DNA of 59,108 nt, filler included, from Sphacelaria rigidula (lineage: Eukaryota): NCBI GenBank assembly GCA_964200075.2. It is 8 parts of 8 records of this genome, joined end to end, with 100 filler letters (N's around TTAATTAATTAA, not from the genome) between each part and the next. Parts side by side here need not be neighbours in the genome. Positions count along the whole stretch, not along the records: positions 37,006 to 44,306 come from CAXNAA020015548.1; positions 44,407 to 51,707 come from CAXNAA020015549.1; 6 more parts are not named here. The stretch is one strand, 5' to 3'. Position numbers and translations under genes: made by a program. Below are positions 37,280 through 48,900 of this stretch, one piece after another. The notes beneath the pieces were generated by a model that saw only the letters and a list, made by a program, of their open reading frames with translations, was not told where the DNA came from and made no database searches. Within the stretch, counting starts at the first letter, position 1, and each line of letters begins with the position of its first letter.

Positions 37280-40200
37280 CGAGGCCATTTGGAGGAGATT
37301 GGACATGTGCTTGCCTAACTTTTGCTGTCGTAAGGATAGGTCACCGCGACCGCTGAAGTCCACTCGAAAGAGAGCGATCACGGAGTCTATGATGACCAGC
37401 CGGATCGGACCGTCTGACAGACATAGGGCCGCGATTTCCTACCAATAAGACGGCGAGGAAAGCGCGGAAGTGGTAGCGCGTGAACATGCATCTAGTTCCG
37501 ATGACGAAAGCGAAAGATACAGACAACATACTTGCAAGCGAACCTCGATCGATGGCAGGTATCATGCGAGGAAAAGGCACCGACCCGCCATGACGCTCTG
37601 TTGAGTGGGCAGAAGGGAGCATGGCGGCCTAAAAATGTGCGGTTATCGCGAGGCGTTCGAAAAAAGGGGCAACGAGGTGTAGACGACATGATTGCAGATT
37701 GGTGTGCAAAACCCTACAATTTGTTTGCAGAGATGCGCAAATAGTGTTGGTATCCATAGTTCATTTGAGATGATAGTGTGAACGGGCATACCCGCACTCA
37801 GTTCTTCCAAGGCCAGCAATGACAACCATTTTGTTGCTGAGTAGCATACTTGGAGCTCTTCATGATATTGCCCTTTCCCGAAGTATAATAAAGTCGGGTG
37901 GCCCATCTACTCAGTACTTTCAGGTGGATCATACCCACGAGTTCGCCCTCGCGGTGACGCAATGGTGAACACTCACAACGTGTGTGCCACACCTGTGCGC
38001 GATCTATCTGCTGCTCGTGGTTGAAAGCTCTTGCAACGATAATGTTATCCAAAGTTTCGTCACTGTCTAGGCCGAAGCGTCCGGCGATAGACTCGATCCG
38101 TTCATGCCGAAAGTTTCCCTCGGTATCCATGTACACCGCCTTCTCAGCACGCAGACCACATGTACGGGAGAATGCGAAAAGAGCGCAAAAAGTTGGATAT
38201 AGTTATTAAAGGTCAACGGAAAAGGCTACTGGGGGGTGGAATCATAGGTAGGGGTGAAATGCGTGCGCTGAAATCGTCGCATGCTTCCTCATCCTACGAA
38301 GCACAATATTTTCCAAGTGTAGACGAAGTACCCAATCAAATCACACACTCCATTCGAAGTACGCATCAAGGCTTGAAATCCTGGTCGATTCGAGGTGCAG
38401 GAATTATTACCGCGGATGAGAGAGCGGGTGTCGGTGTAGCGTTCGAACCGAGGCGGTGATTATTCTGTGCGGTAACTGACACTGAATGTTACAGTTCAGC
38501 TCAAGCATAGTATGTGTGATTTGTGAGCGACCGCAGCCGACACGAATAAATTCTCCTTTTCGTACCCTGCCTTCAGCGCCTCCGGAATCTCTGCTGAGCT
38601 GTGACGTCACACACAGAGTGTGCATCAGCTGCGTTTTCCCCGATCTGAACTCACCGAAGAACTCTGTGATGGATCCTAAAATCGCGACGCGACGGAGATA
38701 CCAAGAGCAGAAGTAGGAGAGTACTTGGAAGTTGTGATATTGCGGAGGGATAGATGCACGAATTATCATGGATTACTAACAACACAGTGAGGCTTCCTTG
38801 ATCCGGAATAGAGATTCGTGATTGATCACAGGTGGTGGAAAGCAACAGTTGTGTAAGAGAGCATGTATACCATTGCGAGGCTTTAGACTTTATTTCCTCT
38901 GTGCCAGAAGTAAATATCCTTAAGATTGCTCTGACCCATAACGGTGTGATATTTGATTTTCCATCTTTTTATTGCATTCGTCGGCGTTTTTTGAGCTCAA
39001 ATCAACATTCTTTCTACAACGTGGGTGCTCGGCCCATCTAGCCACACGGCCGAGAAAAAGTAGGTCGGTCCAAAAACGGCCATTTTTCGCTCTTTTCCCA
39101 GGAAATGATGAGATACCTGGGAACACGAAAAATCGTGTGAAATGGGCGAGAAAATGTGAAAATCGCCAAACCACTATTGATTCTGGACATGTTCGTAATG
39201 TCAACCTACGCATGCCCCATCCAACATTATATTAGCACGTAATTGCTGGTGCTCGACGTGAAAACGTCCAAACTCGGTCGATGATGGGGTATAAATGAGT
39301 CAAAAAGGTCAAAGAGGAGTATATTTCGACATAATTTTAGTGATGAAAATAAGTTTTTTTTGTTTTGTTTTTTTAATCAGCTTCGTCTACGCTTTATCTC
39401 TCCAACGAACCCAACCATAGTATGATCGTCAACGTCGAAATACCCAAACGATCAAATGCCCATAAGGACCTTTACTTATGGCACAGAGGAACTAGGTTTA
39501 TAATAGGTGAACTTCACATCGTACCCAACAGATGCAATTGCGGATTTCCCAAATCTGCAGTCGATGTGACCTGGAGTGGTGGAGTCGTGGTCTTCCAGGG
39601 TAGCCTGTGTGATTGGAACAAGTTGAACAGGACGGCAATATCCGAGCGACTCCTTCGATTCCCGTACGGCGGGTTAGGGTAATGTAAGTACCTGTTTCAA
39701 TACCTCCACCCAAGAGTGCGTCCAGTTGCTTTGATCCTGTATGGATCTGCGAAAGACATGAAGCGGATGAGGAGCAAATGCAGTATAGTGGAAGTAAGTG
39801 AATGCAGAGCGGTGCGGCGCATGGTAAAAAGTAGGGCGGCTCAAGATGTGGAGCATACCAGGTAAGGGCATATTGCGTTGATTCATGCATCGTATATTCC
39901 CCGGGAGAGCAGTTATAGGCATTTTCATATGTCCCATTAAGAGTGGTGGTTGTACAAAAAGGGCACACTCCAGACGTGCGCAAACTCGCCGGAAGGAAGG
40001 GAGCATCGAAGCCGTTTGCTAGGTAGTAATTCCCGGGTGCCTCGTAAATGTATGGTCTAAGATCAAACTTGTGGAGTTGCGAGGAGATCGAGGCGAATGA
40101 AGCGTGGGCATCGACTTTGCAACCGAGAATACGCACACACAAGTATTGTTTTGCAGGCCCCTGTGCGTTTGCGCGTAAAGGCTTCTCATTCTTGAGATTT

Positions 40201-42624
40201 TCAGCTTATCGTACCGTTGTTGAGGCGGTACGCCAATTGAAAGCTAGCGGGCCGACGGCATGCGACTCTACTGGCAGCATACATGTACTACCCGAGTTGT
40301 GGTACAGTTGAGGGATTTACGACAAGTGGCACGGAGTGTGATTTCCTAGGTTCCCCATAGAGTGTGATTTATTGCAATGGACTGACTACGTCGTTGCGAT
40401 CAATTGTTGTATCAAATTGATCGTGTAGGTGGAAGCTTTCATTGAAGCCACAGCTTCACNNNNNNNNNNTGTGGCGATGTCAAAATCGACGGGAAAGTCA
40501 ATCGTTTCGGGTCTCACTCTGAATCTGATGTTACACTCTGAATCTCACGAATACAGTGTTTACTGCTGCTGCTGCACTTCTCTGGACATTTTCTCGTCTT
40601 GCCACTGTACTGCTGTACATCTTCGCAAGTATGTTTTTGGAGGGTACGGGTTTGTTCTGTAGGGTATGAGATTCCTTACAGAACTCAAAGAACTATCGGG
40701 TGTGGGTATGGAAGTCTTTTTCACAGAACTGTCGGGTACCGGTATGAAAATCTTACAGAAGTCACCGAACTGTCGGGTATGGTAAACGCCCGGGAAAATG
40801 CCCGGGGTACACAGAAAACCGTACCCTATAGAACACAACCTTGCATCTGTGCACCGCCACGCACGCGCTCTGACGTGTTCCACGCACGCAATCGACGGAT
40901 GCAACGCTCAAACGTCCATTGTTGCTCCCTGTAATGCGTGAGAGGACCGCGTGCCTAGAGGACCGCGCCGCAGTTCAAAACACCTCAGGATCGATGTTTT
41001 TCAAAACCAATCGGGCCGGTCCCTGCAGGTACCACGCCCCTGACCCTAACCCCAATGCTAACCCTAACCCTAACCCTATCCATGGGGATGTTCAAATTCC
41101 GATGCGGTCCTCTAAGCACGCGGTCCTCTCACGCAGTACAGCTCCCTTACCTTGATAACCTTTTGACGACTAGCCCGCGCTTCTAGCCCCGTCGTAAACG
41201 CACCGCCCGAGCTACCCTTGTCGAGTTTGGCGGCGGCTGTGCGTACTTTGGCAACGGTGGCGTCACTGAAGCCGCGAATGGCCAACAGGGTCTATTCTTG
41301 TGTATATTTCACAAAAACAGGGAGCGTAGGCGACGCGCAAGAATGCTAGCAACGATGAGAGCGCGATGTGCATGAGGTTTGAAAGCGGGAAATGAGGAGA
41401 GTGTGAGAGGCACACAGAAGTCTCGATTTCTCTTTTGACGCGCGAAGCGTGCTTGGCCAGATCCGGGCATACTTCGACGCCGCGGACAATCGCCGAGCGA
41501 TCATGGGCAACTCAGGTTGCATCACGTACGTTCCATAGAGTCTGATATCGATAGAGGGTGAAACATTGCATAGCGTCACGCGAGAAGTCAAAATTACAGG
41601 TGCGTTAAGCTGAGCAAGAGACTCCAAGCGCATATTGATACATACCGCACAGCTTCAATCAGCGCCCATTGTGTGTTCTCTTCCGTTCGCGCATACGCAT
41701 GATGCCGCGTCTTCAACACTAGACCGCATGTATACACGGATGTGTAGAGTCAAAGCCGAATCACGAGATATGTACTGCGGTTGCCTCGCCATAGTTTACG
41801 AGCCTTCATTTGGTGACCGACGCTGGCGGCATATAGGGGGCAATTCCGAGGCGTCAAGGTAGTGATATAGGCGACTGTCGCTTGGAATGACATGTGCAGG
41901 TCTGCGAAGAAAACGGATATCTACAGTCTTAGCTACCTTAGTCGGGGTGGACAGGACGGCGCCGATGGTGACGATGCGTGCCTCCTTGAGCTTGTTCACC
42001 TCTGCCATCTTGATGCCCGCGTTGGCAAGCTCCTCTACCGACTGCAGAAATTTAGAAGATATCGATCTATGGGGTGGAGGATAGAAAAACAGTCAATGCG
42101 GGCATTGGAACTACAGAAGGGCATCCTTCTGATACTACTGTATGGGCACATTCTCGCGACAGGTGGCAGGGTAGGTATGGGGAATAAATATCGGTGCCTG
42201 CATGAATGCATTCGAGTATGTACCGGGAATGGCACCGGTTGGGGGCATACGGGGGATGTACTTTGCGTAGAGAGTGACGACAATGTGAGGATTTCGTACG
42301 CAACAGATGAGAGCAACACTCTGTGACGATACACCAACCGGCGATGCTACAACGGAACGAAGGGACGAAAGAAAATAGCGCGCATGTGGTGGCAGGTTAG
42401 CATGCGGTAGTAGGGCAGAAAGCAGCGAACACGTTCACTCAAATGCGGGAGTAACAAATGGAGGGCTATTTGACCGGCACAGGAGGGGACAAGAGGGAAG
42501 CACAGATAGCAGTAGGCAAACAAACCGCTGTAGTAATACAGTACTATGCCTGGAAGTTGTCAATGTCCGTGTACTCGTCTTCCTTTTCCAAGGCAGCACT
42601 GCGAGCCTCTTGGGCGGAAGCCAT
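37280..42624 (-). CDS. DMC1: Meiotic recombinase DMC1, 3'-partial; exons 42624-42550, 42041-41937, 41291-41151, 39746-39692, 38675-38566, 38139-37993, 37438-37280 (264 aa visible)
   Basis: The spliced protein reads MASAQ...[13 protein letters not shown]...[13 protein letters not shown]...[34 protein letters not shown] (Walker A)...YMDTEGNFR...LVIIDS (Walker B) [28 protein letters not shown] and RQQKL are DMC1-type (RAD51: YRTDY, RQMHL). Phases are consistent. The last ~80 aa lie beyond the contig end. Confidence 0.9.
40648..40841. mobile_element. Short TIR element with internal ACAGAA/GAACTGTCGGGTA subrepeats in DMC1 intron 3
   Basis: Inverted ends GGGTTTGTTCTGTAGGGTA ... TACCCTATAGAACACAACC; three internal GAACT(A/G)TCGGGT units. 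Confidence 0.65.
40929..41141 (+). mobile_element. 213-bp MITE carrying (CCCTAA)n telomere-like repeats, copy 1 (DMC1 intron 3)
   Basis: 38-bp TIR CTGTAATGCGTGAGAGGACCGCGTGCCTAGAGGACCGC; internal CCCTAA units at ~41044-41078. Confidence 0.85.
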
Positions 42625-43606
42625 TGTTGTTGAACTGGGGTCGTGAGGAGGTGCTAAGATGTAGAAACGAGAGAAGAGGCGAGGCATTTTACAGTGAAAT
42701 GATGGACATCAGATCGAATCTAAGCTGTGACGCTTTGGGAGAAGAGTTGTGAATGCCCTAGAGTTCAACAGCGGGAGCACAGCTCTTACAGCAATAATCG
42801 AAAGCAGCGAAAGGCAATGCATTTGGTACATCAGTGTCGAGAGCTCGTGCCCATATCGCAGGAAAGGCAACTGGGACACACACACTGGTCGGCAACAGCA
42901 TATATATGGGGCTCATAGCAGGGCCGAAACTTTAAAACTCGGCTGGAGCACTGCGCGACAGACCAAGACAGGCCAAGCACGGATGTATAGCTCGACGCCC
43001 ACCGCAAGTAACTCGTGGGCCCTGCACTGTATGTTCAGACACAATGGCGGGTGTCGTGCTTGCGTTTCCCATGCAGGCAATGCCGCATCACAAACACACA
43101 CCCACATCCATCCATCACGCCTCCATCTGCACAACCCGAACAGCCCTTGACTTTACTGACAGCGAACGACATCGTACAAATTGTGTCCCCACAGACAGGC
43201 AAGGCACAGCAGCACCACCTATCGACACACACTCACTTGAAGCAGAGTACTGAGCTCAACAGTGAACTATCAGGTGGGATGTGCTGTGCTATGGTAATAT
43301 ATGCCTTGCGCGCCTGTTGCGGCACGTTGTGATGGCGTGTTCAACCTGCTGCAAGTGCTCACCGATTGGAAAATGACATAATGTTTGCGACTGTGGGATT
43401 TTCAAATTTCAATTTCAAGTTTCAACATGCCTCCAACAGCGTCTTCTCACCACCCATTTTCGCCGCGTTCTTGCTCTCACCTGTTACTGTTTCTCTCAGT
43501 TGAATCTTTTCATGCCGCAATGTTTGCGACGACCCTTTCGTCCCAGCAACAGGGTGTCGGCCACTGGTTTCATTGCTTCTGATGCCGTGGGATATGACAT
43601 ACGGCG

Positions 43607-43819
43607 TTGTAATGCGTGAGAGGACCGCGTGCTTAGAGGACCGCATCGGAGACTGAACATCCCCATGGTTAGGGTTAGGGATAGGGTTAGTGTTGGGGTT
43701 ATGGTCAGGGGCGTGGTACCTGCAGGGACAGGCCCGATTGGTTTTGAAAAACATCGATCCTGCGGTGTTTTGAACTACGGCGCGGTCCTTTAAGCACGCG
43801 GTCCTCTCACGCATTATAG
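43607..43819 (-). mobile_element. 213-bp MITE carrying telomere-like repeats, copy 2 (inverted, ~1 kb upstream of the DMC1 ATG)
   Basis: Reverse-complement copy of 40929-41141 with the same TIRs and a GGTTAGGGTTAGGG tract. Confidence 0.85.
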
Positions 43820-45979
43820 GTCTCCAATAATCATTTTCGGCGTCGCTATCCCCAGGTATAGCCGGAAGAAAGCAGACGGCACACGCGCATGAAAGGTGGA
43901 AAATCTGACCTCACAGATACCCGAAATGCTTCCTTCCGCGCCATTCTTTTGCAAGCCACCCCGAGTGAGATTATCGCTGTGCCCGTTCATACACCATACT
44001 TCCCGGAGAAGCGGTGAGGCGTGCCACGGTACGGGTGCGCAAAATGTTTCTGGGGCTCGTTCATTAATGAGCCCATGAACCAGAAAACCTGGGCCCCAGT
44101 GTGCAACCTCAGACAACGTTTGGCCTAAGAAGTGCGCCCGATACCCTTTTTGTAGTAGCTTGCCGCTGAAGCCTTTGATATCGCTGAGTAGGATGTCGAC
44201 GTGCAGCTGCAAGCACACACATGCGGCCATTTTTTGGCTACACCCCAAAATACCTGCGGAGGGATGCGCTGCGCTCCAGGGAAAAAACAAGCCTCCGGAG
44301 GCCTTCNNNNNNNNNNNNNNNNNNNNNNNNNNNNNNNNNNNNNNNNNNNNTTAATTAATTAANNNNNNNNNNNNNNNNNNNNNNNNNNNNNNNNNNNNNN
44401 NNNNNNCATGCAGCCTGAACCCAAACATCAGGCACTGTATGGCCATTTTTTTCGTGACACTTTTGGGCTGGTTTTAGGGGGGGGCTATCGTAGAAAGTGT
44501 CACGTGTGTTACTTTTCCGTCTTGACTTTGTGCATTTGTTGACAAGCAGTTTTTTTCACGATAAACGTCTTCCCCTCACACCATGCCCAACAGTGGAGGG
44601 CGACTATGTCGTGGGTAAAGAAAATCCAAATTAAAGGTCGACGAGGGAAAGGGACTGCTGATGCTGAATCCCTCGCGCGATAACAAATAAAGGCAAGCAC
44701 CGCAGAAGAAAGGTGGGGTACCAGAAACATTTTTTTTTAAAGAAGCTCCCATGCTGACCTTCCTCCTGTGTGACCCCGGCTGGTGCGCCCACATATATAT
44801 ACCGAAAGGTGTAGACCAGCGTCCAGAACAGTAGGGACGACACCACACGAATACATCAGACGTTTTTTTCGCGGGGGATATTCGTCCATGTGGTCCGTCA
44901 TTACCACAGTACATGAAGTCGCATTCTTTTCGCTTACTGATGTACTATAGCTTCATCGTGAAATGTCGAATGTTGTATAGGTATATGATGGGGCGAATTC
45001 AAACCGCATTTGTACATGAAGATGTTGCTCTTTCGTAAGCAAAATATCAACTTCTAAGCAAACTCCTACTTCTGGAACACGAGTTCACTTTTTTCTCCAT
45101 GTTCCAGCTTTTTTTTCAATCAGAACGCATTGTCTACGATACATTCGGGTCTTCTGCGTTCTTCACACTTTTAATACATGGAACAAAGTTAAGTGTGTTT
45201 CATCCACCACTCCGCGCTCTCAACGTTTGCGTTCCTCAATACCTATGAAGCCACACCCATGCCAGATCTTCCCTCTTCTACTCATCACATATAGCACAGT
45301 TTCATAACCGATACTCACGTCAAATCTCCGGCTCAAGCTCTTGGTAGGCGTCATTACGTCTACCATCTCCCGATTTTAGTTAATCCTTGTATATTAGACA
45401 TATATGTTGACCATTGTAATCATAGCCTGAACCGGCAGTTCTCCCCTTCAGTTGCTTCCAAGAACCTTTTTGCCCATGCTAGAATATCGCCCTGTTGACA
45501 ATTGCTGCTTCAACGGTTATCTACACGATTTCTCCCGCGCAGCGGAGACAAGCACCCGCAAGTTTTAAGCTCCGCAGCGCATCAACTAAGAGGTGAGATC
45601 AGGATGCTGGATGTTTGGGCATTTCCCCTTTAACCACACATATGACATAGTCACATTGAAGGCGGAGGGCGCAGCACCGACGTTGTCCAGTCTTACCCAA
45701 GAATACATGCGCACAACTTTTGGGAGACGCTGTAAACCTCACCACAGCGTTTAAACACGTTGAAGGGAGATCGCACGTCTTACCAAATGTGATTAGAGTT
45801 GAATCCTCCTCAAGGTACTCCTCCGATTACGTGTGCACTCGGGCAAGGGTGCTGATGTGCGGTATCTCCTGCGAAATAGGAACCCCAAAATTCGTGACGC
45901 CCTCCTCTAGAACATAGAACAAAATACCGTAACACTGGGAATTGCTCCAGGTGCGGCACGACGGTTCGTTATAAAGGAG

Positions 45980-48900
45980 TCAACGTAATAAGCTCCGTCG
46001 CTTGGTACTCCCACGACCGACAACCATCTTGGCAATGTACTCATCACTGAGGACCTTCCATGCCTTGAAGTTCATATCCATATGCTCGCTCCAGGTCGAC
46101 ACCTGCTTCAGAGGGAATGGGGTGGTTGGGATTGGGTTTGACATCATGGCTCGGGGTAATGGTTAAGGTGTGATCTTTTCAGCAAGTGAAGATAGAACGT
46201 ACGACACAGACGCGCGGGAAGAGAAGGAGAAAAAAAAAAGCAAGAGGGGAGATACCATAGAAGGAAAAGAAGGATATGAACAACTCCTTACGCAAACTAG
46301 GGGAATGAATGGAGAACCGTGTCCTGCGTCGCGCATTGTCCGGCATGGAACAACTTACCTGGCAATATTCTGAGAAGATGGTGACACAGGGTCGCACGAT
46401 GAAGTTGATGAAGTCGCACTGGCTCTTCGGTAAGTTTCGTTCCCTTCGATCGCACAGCGGTGAAACAGGAAACCCTTGAGCCAGTTCTTTGTCCCCCTGA
46501 TCATCAATTCAATAGAAACAAGCGAGGAGTATTTTCAAGCCACACAGAGAGGTTGACCGAGTGTGTTCACAAACGCTGGCGTGGTGCGGAAGTGCTGGTC
46601 ATGATCCAATCTGCAAGACAAAAGTTCGAGGCGTGTACTGGGGAGAGATGGGTTGACGCCTTGAGATCACGGACTCGTCGGGGGGACTGAAAGGGGTCCC
46701 AAGTGTGACAAAAACAAACGAAGGCGTGGGCACCGTTAAGATACCGCCTCATAAATACAACGACAGGGTTCCTGCCTGTACACTGTCGTCTCCAGATAGC
46801 TGAGTAGTTGCAACCTACTCTCACGACGTTGTTTGTTTTCCGATTGCTTTTTTATGTTTTCACGCGATTTCCTCATATGAAGAAGCCTTGAGGCTGTACC
46901 GCGTCCTTCTTTCAGGATCGATAGATGTCAGTCTAGCGCTCTTCATAACTATTCCCTCTTTAGGTATTTTCCTCTCCATTCCGTTTCTCTGTCACTCATT
47001 TTCTCTTTATATCTCTCGTTTTCAGTATTCTGTTCCTGTGTTCGCACTTCACCTACCTTACTGTTCCTACTTTTTCTTAGCTATGTCTGTCGTATGACCA
47101 CGAGTGTGTTCGTAGCGGAGTCATCTCATGTGCAATAATTAGTCAGGTAACCGATCAATCAATCGGCGACTTGATTGCCTGGTCCTGCGAGTATCGACTA
47201 CGGTTGATAATGTGCCATGGCGTAGTATTAGGAGTTCATACATCAGGGACCGTCGGAAGCATATCGCTGTGTTTCAAAGCCGTACTGTGTGGAAATCGTG
47301 ACCAAAAACAGAAGCCGTTCGTGCGCGGTCGGTCCTCGACCCGTGATTCATTGTCATGCGGTAGAACATGGATCTTCACGAACCATCCGAACAGTTTGTT
47401 TGATTCATGATCGATGATCCACCCACCTGCAGATACTATTCATTCAGTTTCAAAGGGATATGCAGTTTCCCTCGCCTCCGTTTTTCTACCCGAATGTCTC
47501 GAAGAACTCGTCTTCTATGGTGTGTATAGGAATTTCCTGTTCAAGTATGTAGGCTGCACTCGTGTTGACAAAGTTGTACAACAGTAAGCTTGTACAAAGC
47601 AAATATTTTCCCCTAAAGGCTTTGCGTTACTACTATTCCCGGCGTGATTTGCTTTTACTCATAGCAGAAAAACATGAATGCCGCGTATACAGCCCGTGGA
47701 CAGAGAAAGCACGAATTGACACCATGCATTTCACACAAGTCGATGATTCTCAGAACCACCAGCCGTCATCCCTCACCCTACGAGCAGTACAGTTCAAGTT
47801 TTGCGGGCAGATTCCATTAGTACTGTTGCGACGGCATTCAGTCAGGATGATGGGGTGCTGTGAAACGTTGACTCACCACGGGGGTGCTTGATAAACCTTT
47901 GAGGGGTGGCTGGGCTTTGTGAGTCGCGATACGTGCGCCGTGATATCCAAGCTAGCTAGATGACAACATTTACGAAAGATCTCGATGTGTAACAGCAGAT
48001 TTCGCCTTGCTCGAGCTGACCGGTCGTGCTTATCCCCTTGTGTACCGCGTGAACTACATACCCTATATCCCTGCCCACTAGAATACATCGAACATCCGCC
48101 TCCAGGAACGTCCCGATTTCAATTCTCATCTGCACTCTATTTGATCTGTGCAATCCCGAAGCGTTAAGCCTCGTTCATAGCACTGAACCCGAGCCTGAAC
48201 ATGTGCGGTCTTCATGACGACCGAGTGTCATCCCCTGCCTTGAGTGGGACTCTAGCCTGAGATTTTCACGTGGAGCAAACCCCACTCTAAGCCCTATTCC
48301 GTGTGTCTTCACATATGAAGAGAGTTAGCGAACCTCATGAACAGCTCCGTTCCCGGCCGGCTGAACAGAGTTCTATCTGGCTCGCTGTAACTGTGAACAC
48401 ACTGTTTAAGCAGCAGTACTTCGGAATGTTCAGCTGCTTCTTGCCTAATTTTTCTTGGCTGAAGACGATATAATAATACCCAATATAACCCTATACAATA
48501 CCCACCGGTTACCGCCCTGATCCTAAATTGAACCCTGATCCTGCCGAAGATTTGACCTGCGTCCCGATGGTTTTATTGGGTCTCTACCTCCCCCACTACT
48601 CCTCACAGCTGTCGACAACACATTGCTGAAAACAATCTTGGTACTTTCCTAAAACTCGGACGTGACGCAAGATTCTTAAAAAATGTACTGGAGCTCCGTA
48701 TAATCCGTGATGCATGCGCTCCTACCCCCCGTCAACGCGTTCGTTCTGAAACCAAATCTTAAGGTCCACTTCAGCCAGCAGTGTAGGAAGTCGGATGAAA
48801 TGGAGTTGCATGTTGGGTCGAGTTTGGCGCCAACGATTCCAGCTCAAAGACACGCGCAACAGAACCTTCACCACGCGAGGTCGGGCGCTTTGGATCGCCT

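Noticed and set aside
37280-42624. Assignment as RAD51 rather than DMC1
   Set aside because: DTEG and ARAFN are RAD51-like, but the diagnostic FRVDF and RQQKL favour DMC1. Phylogeny would settle it.
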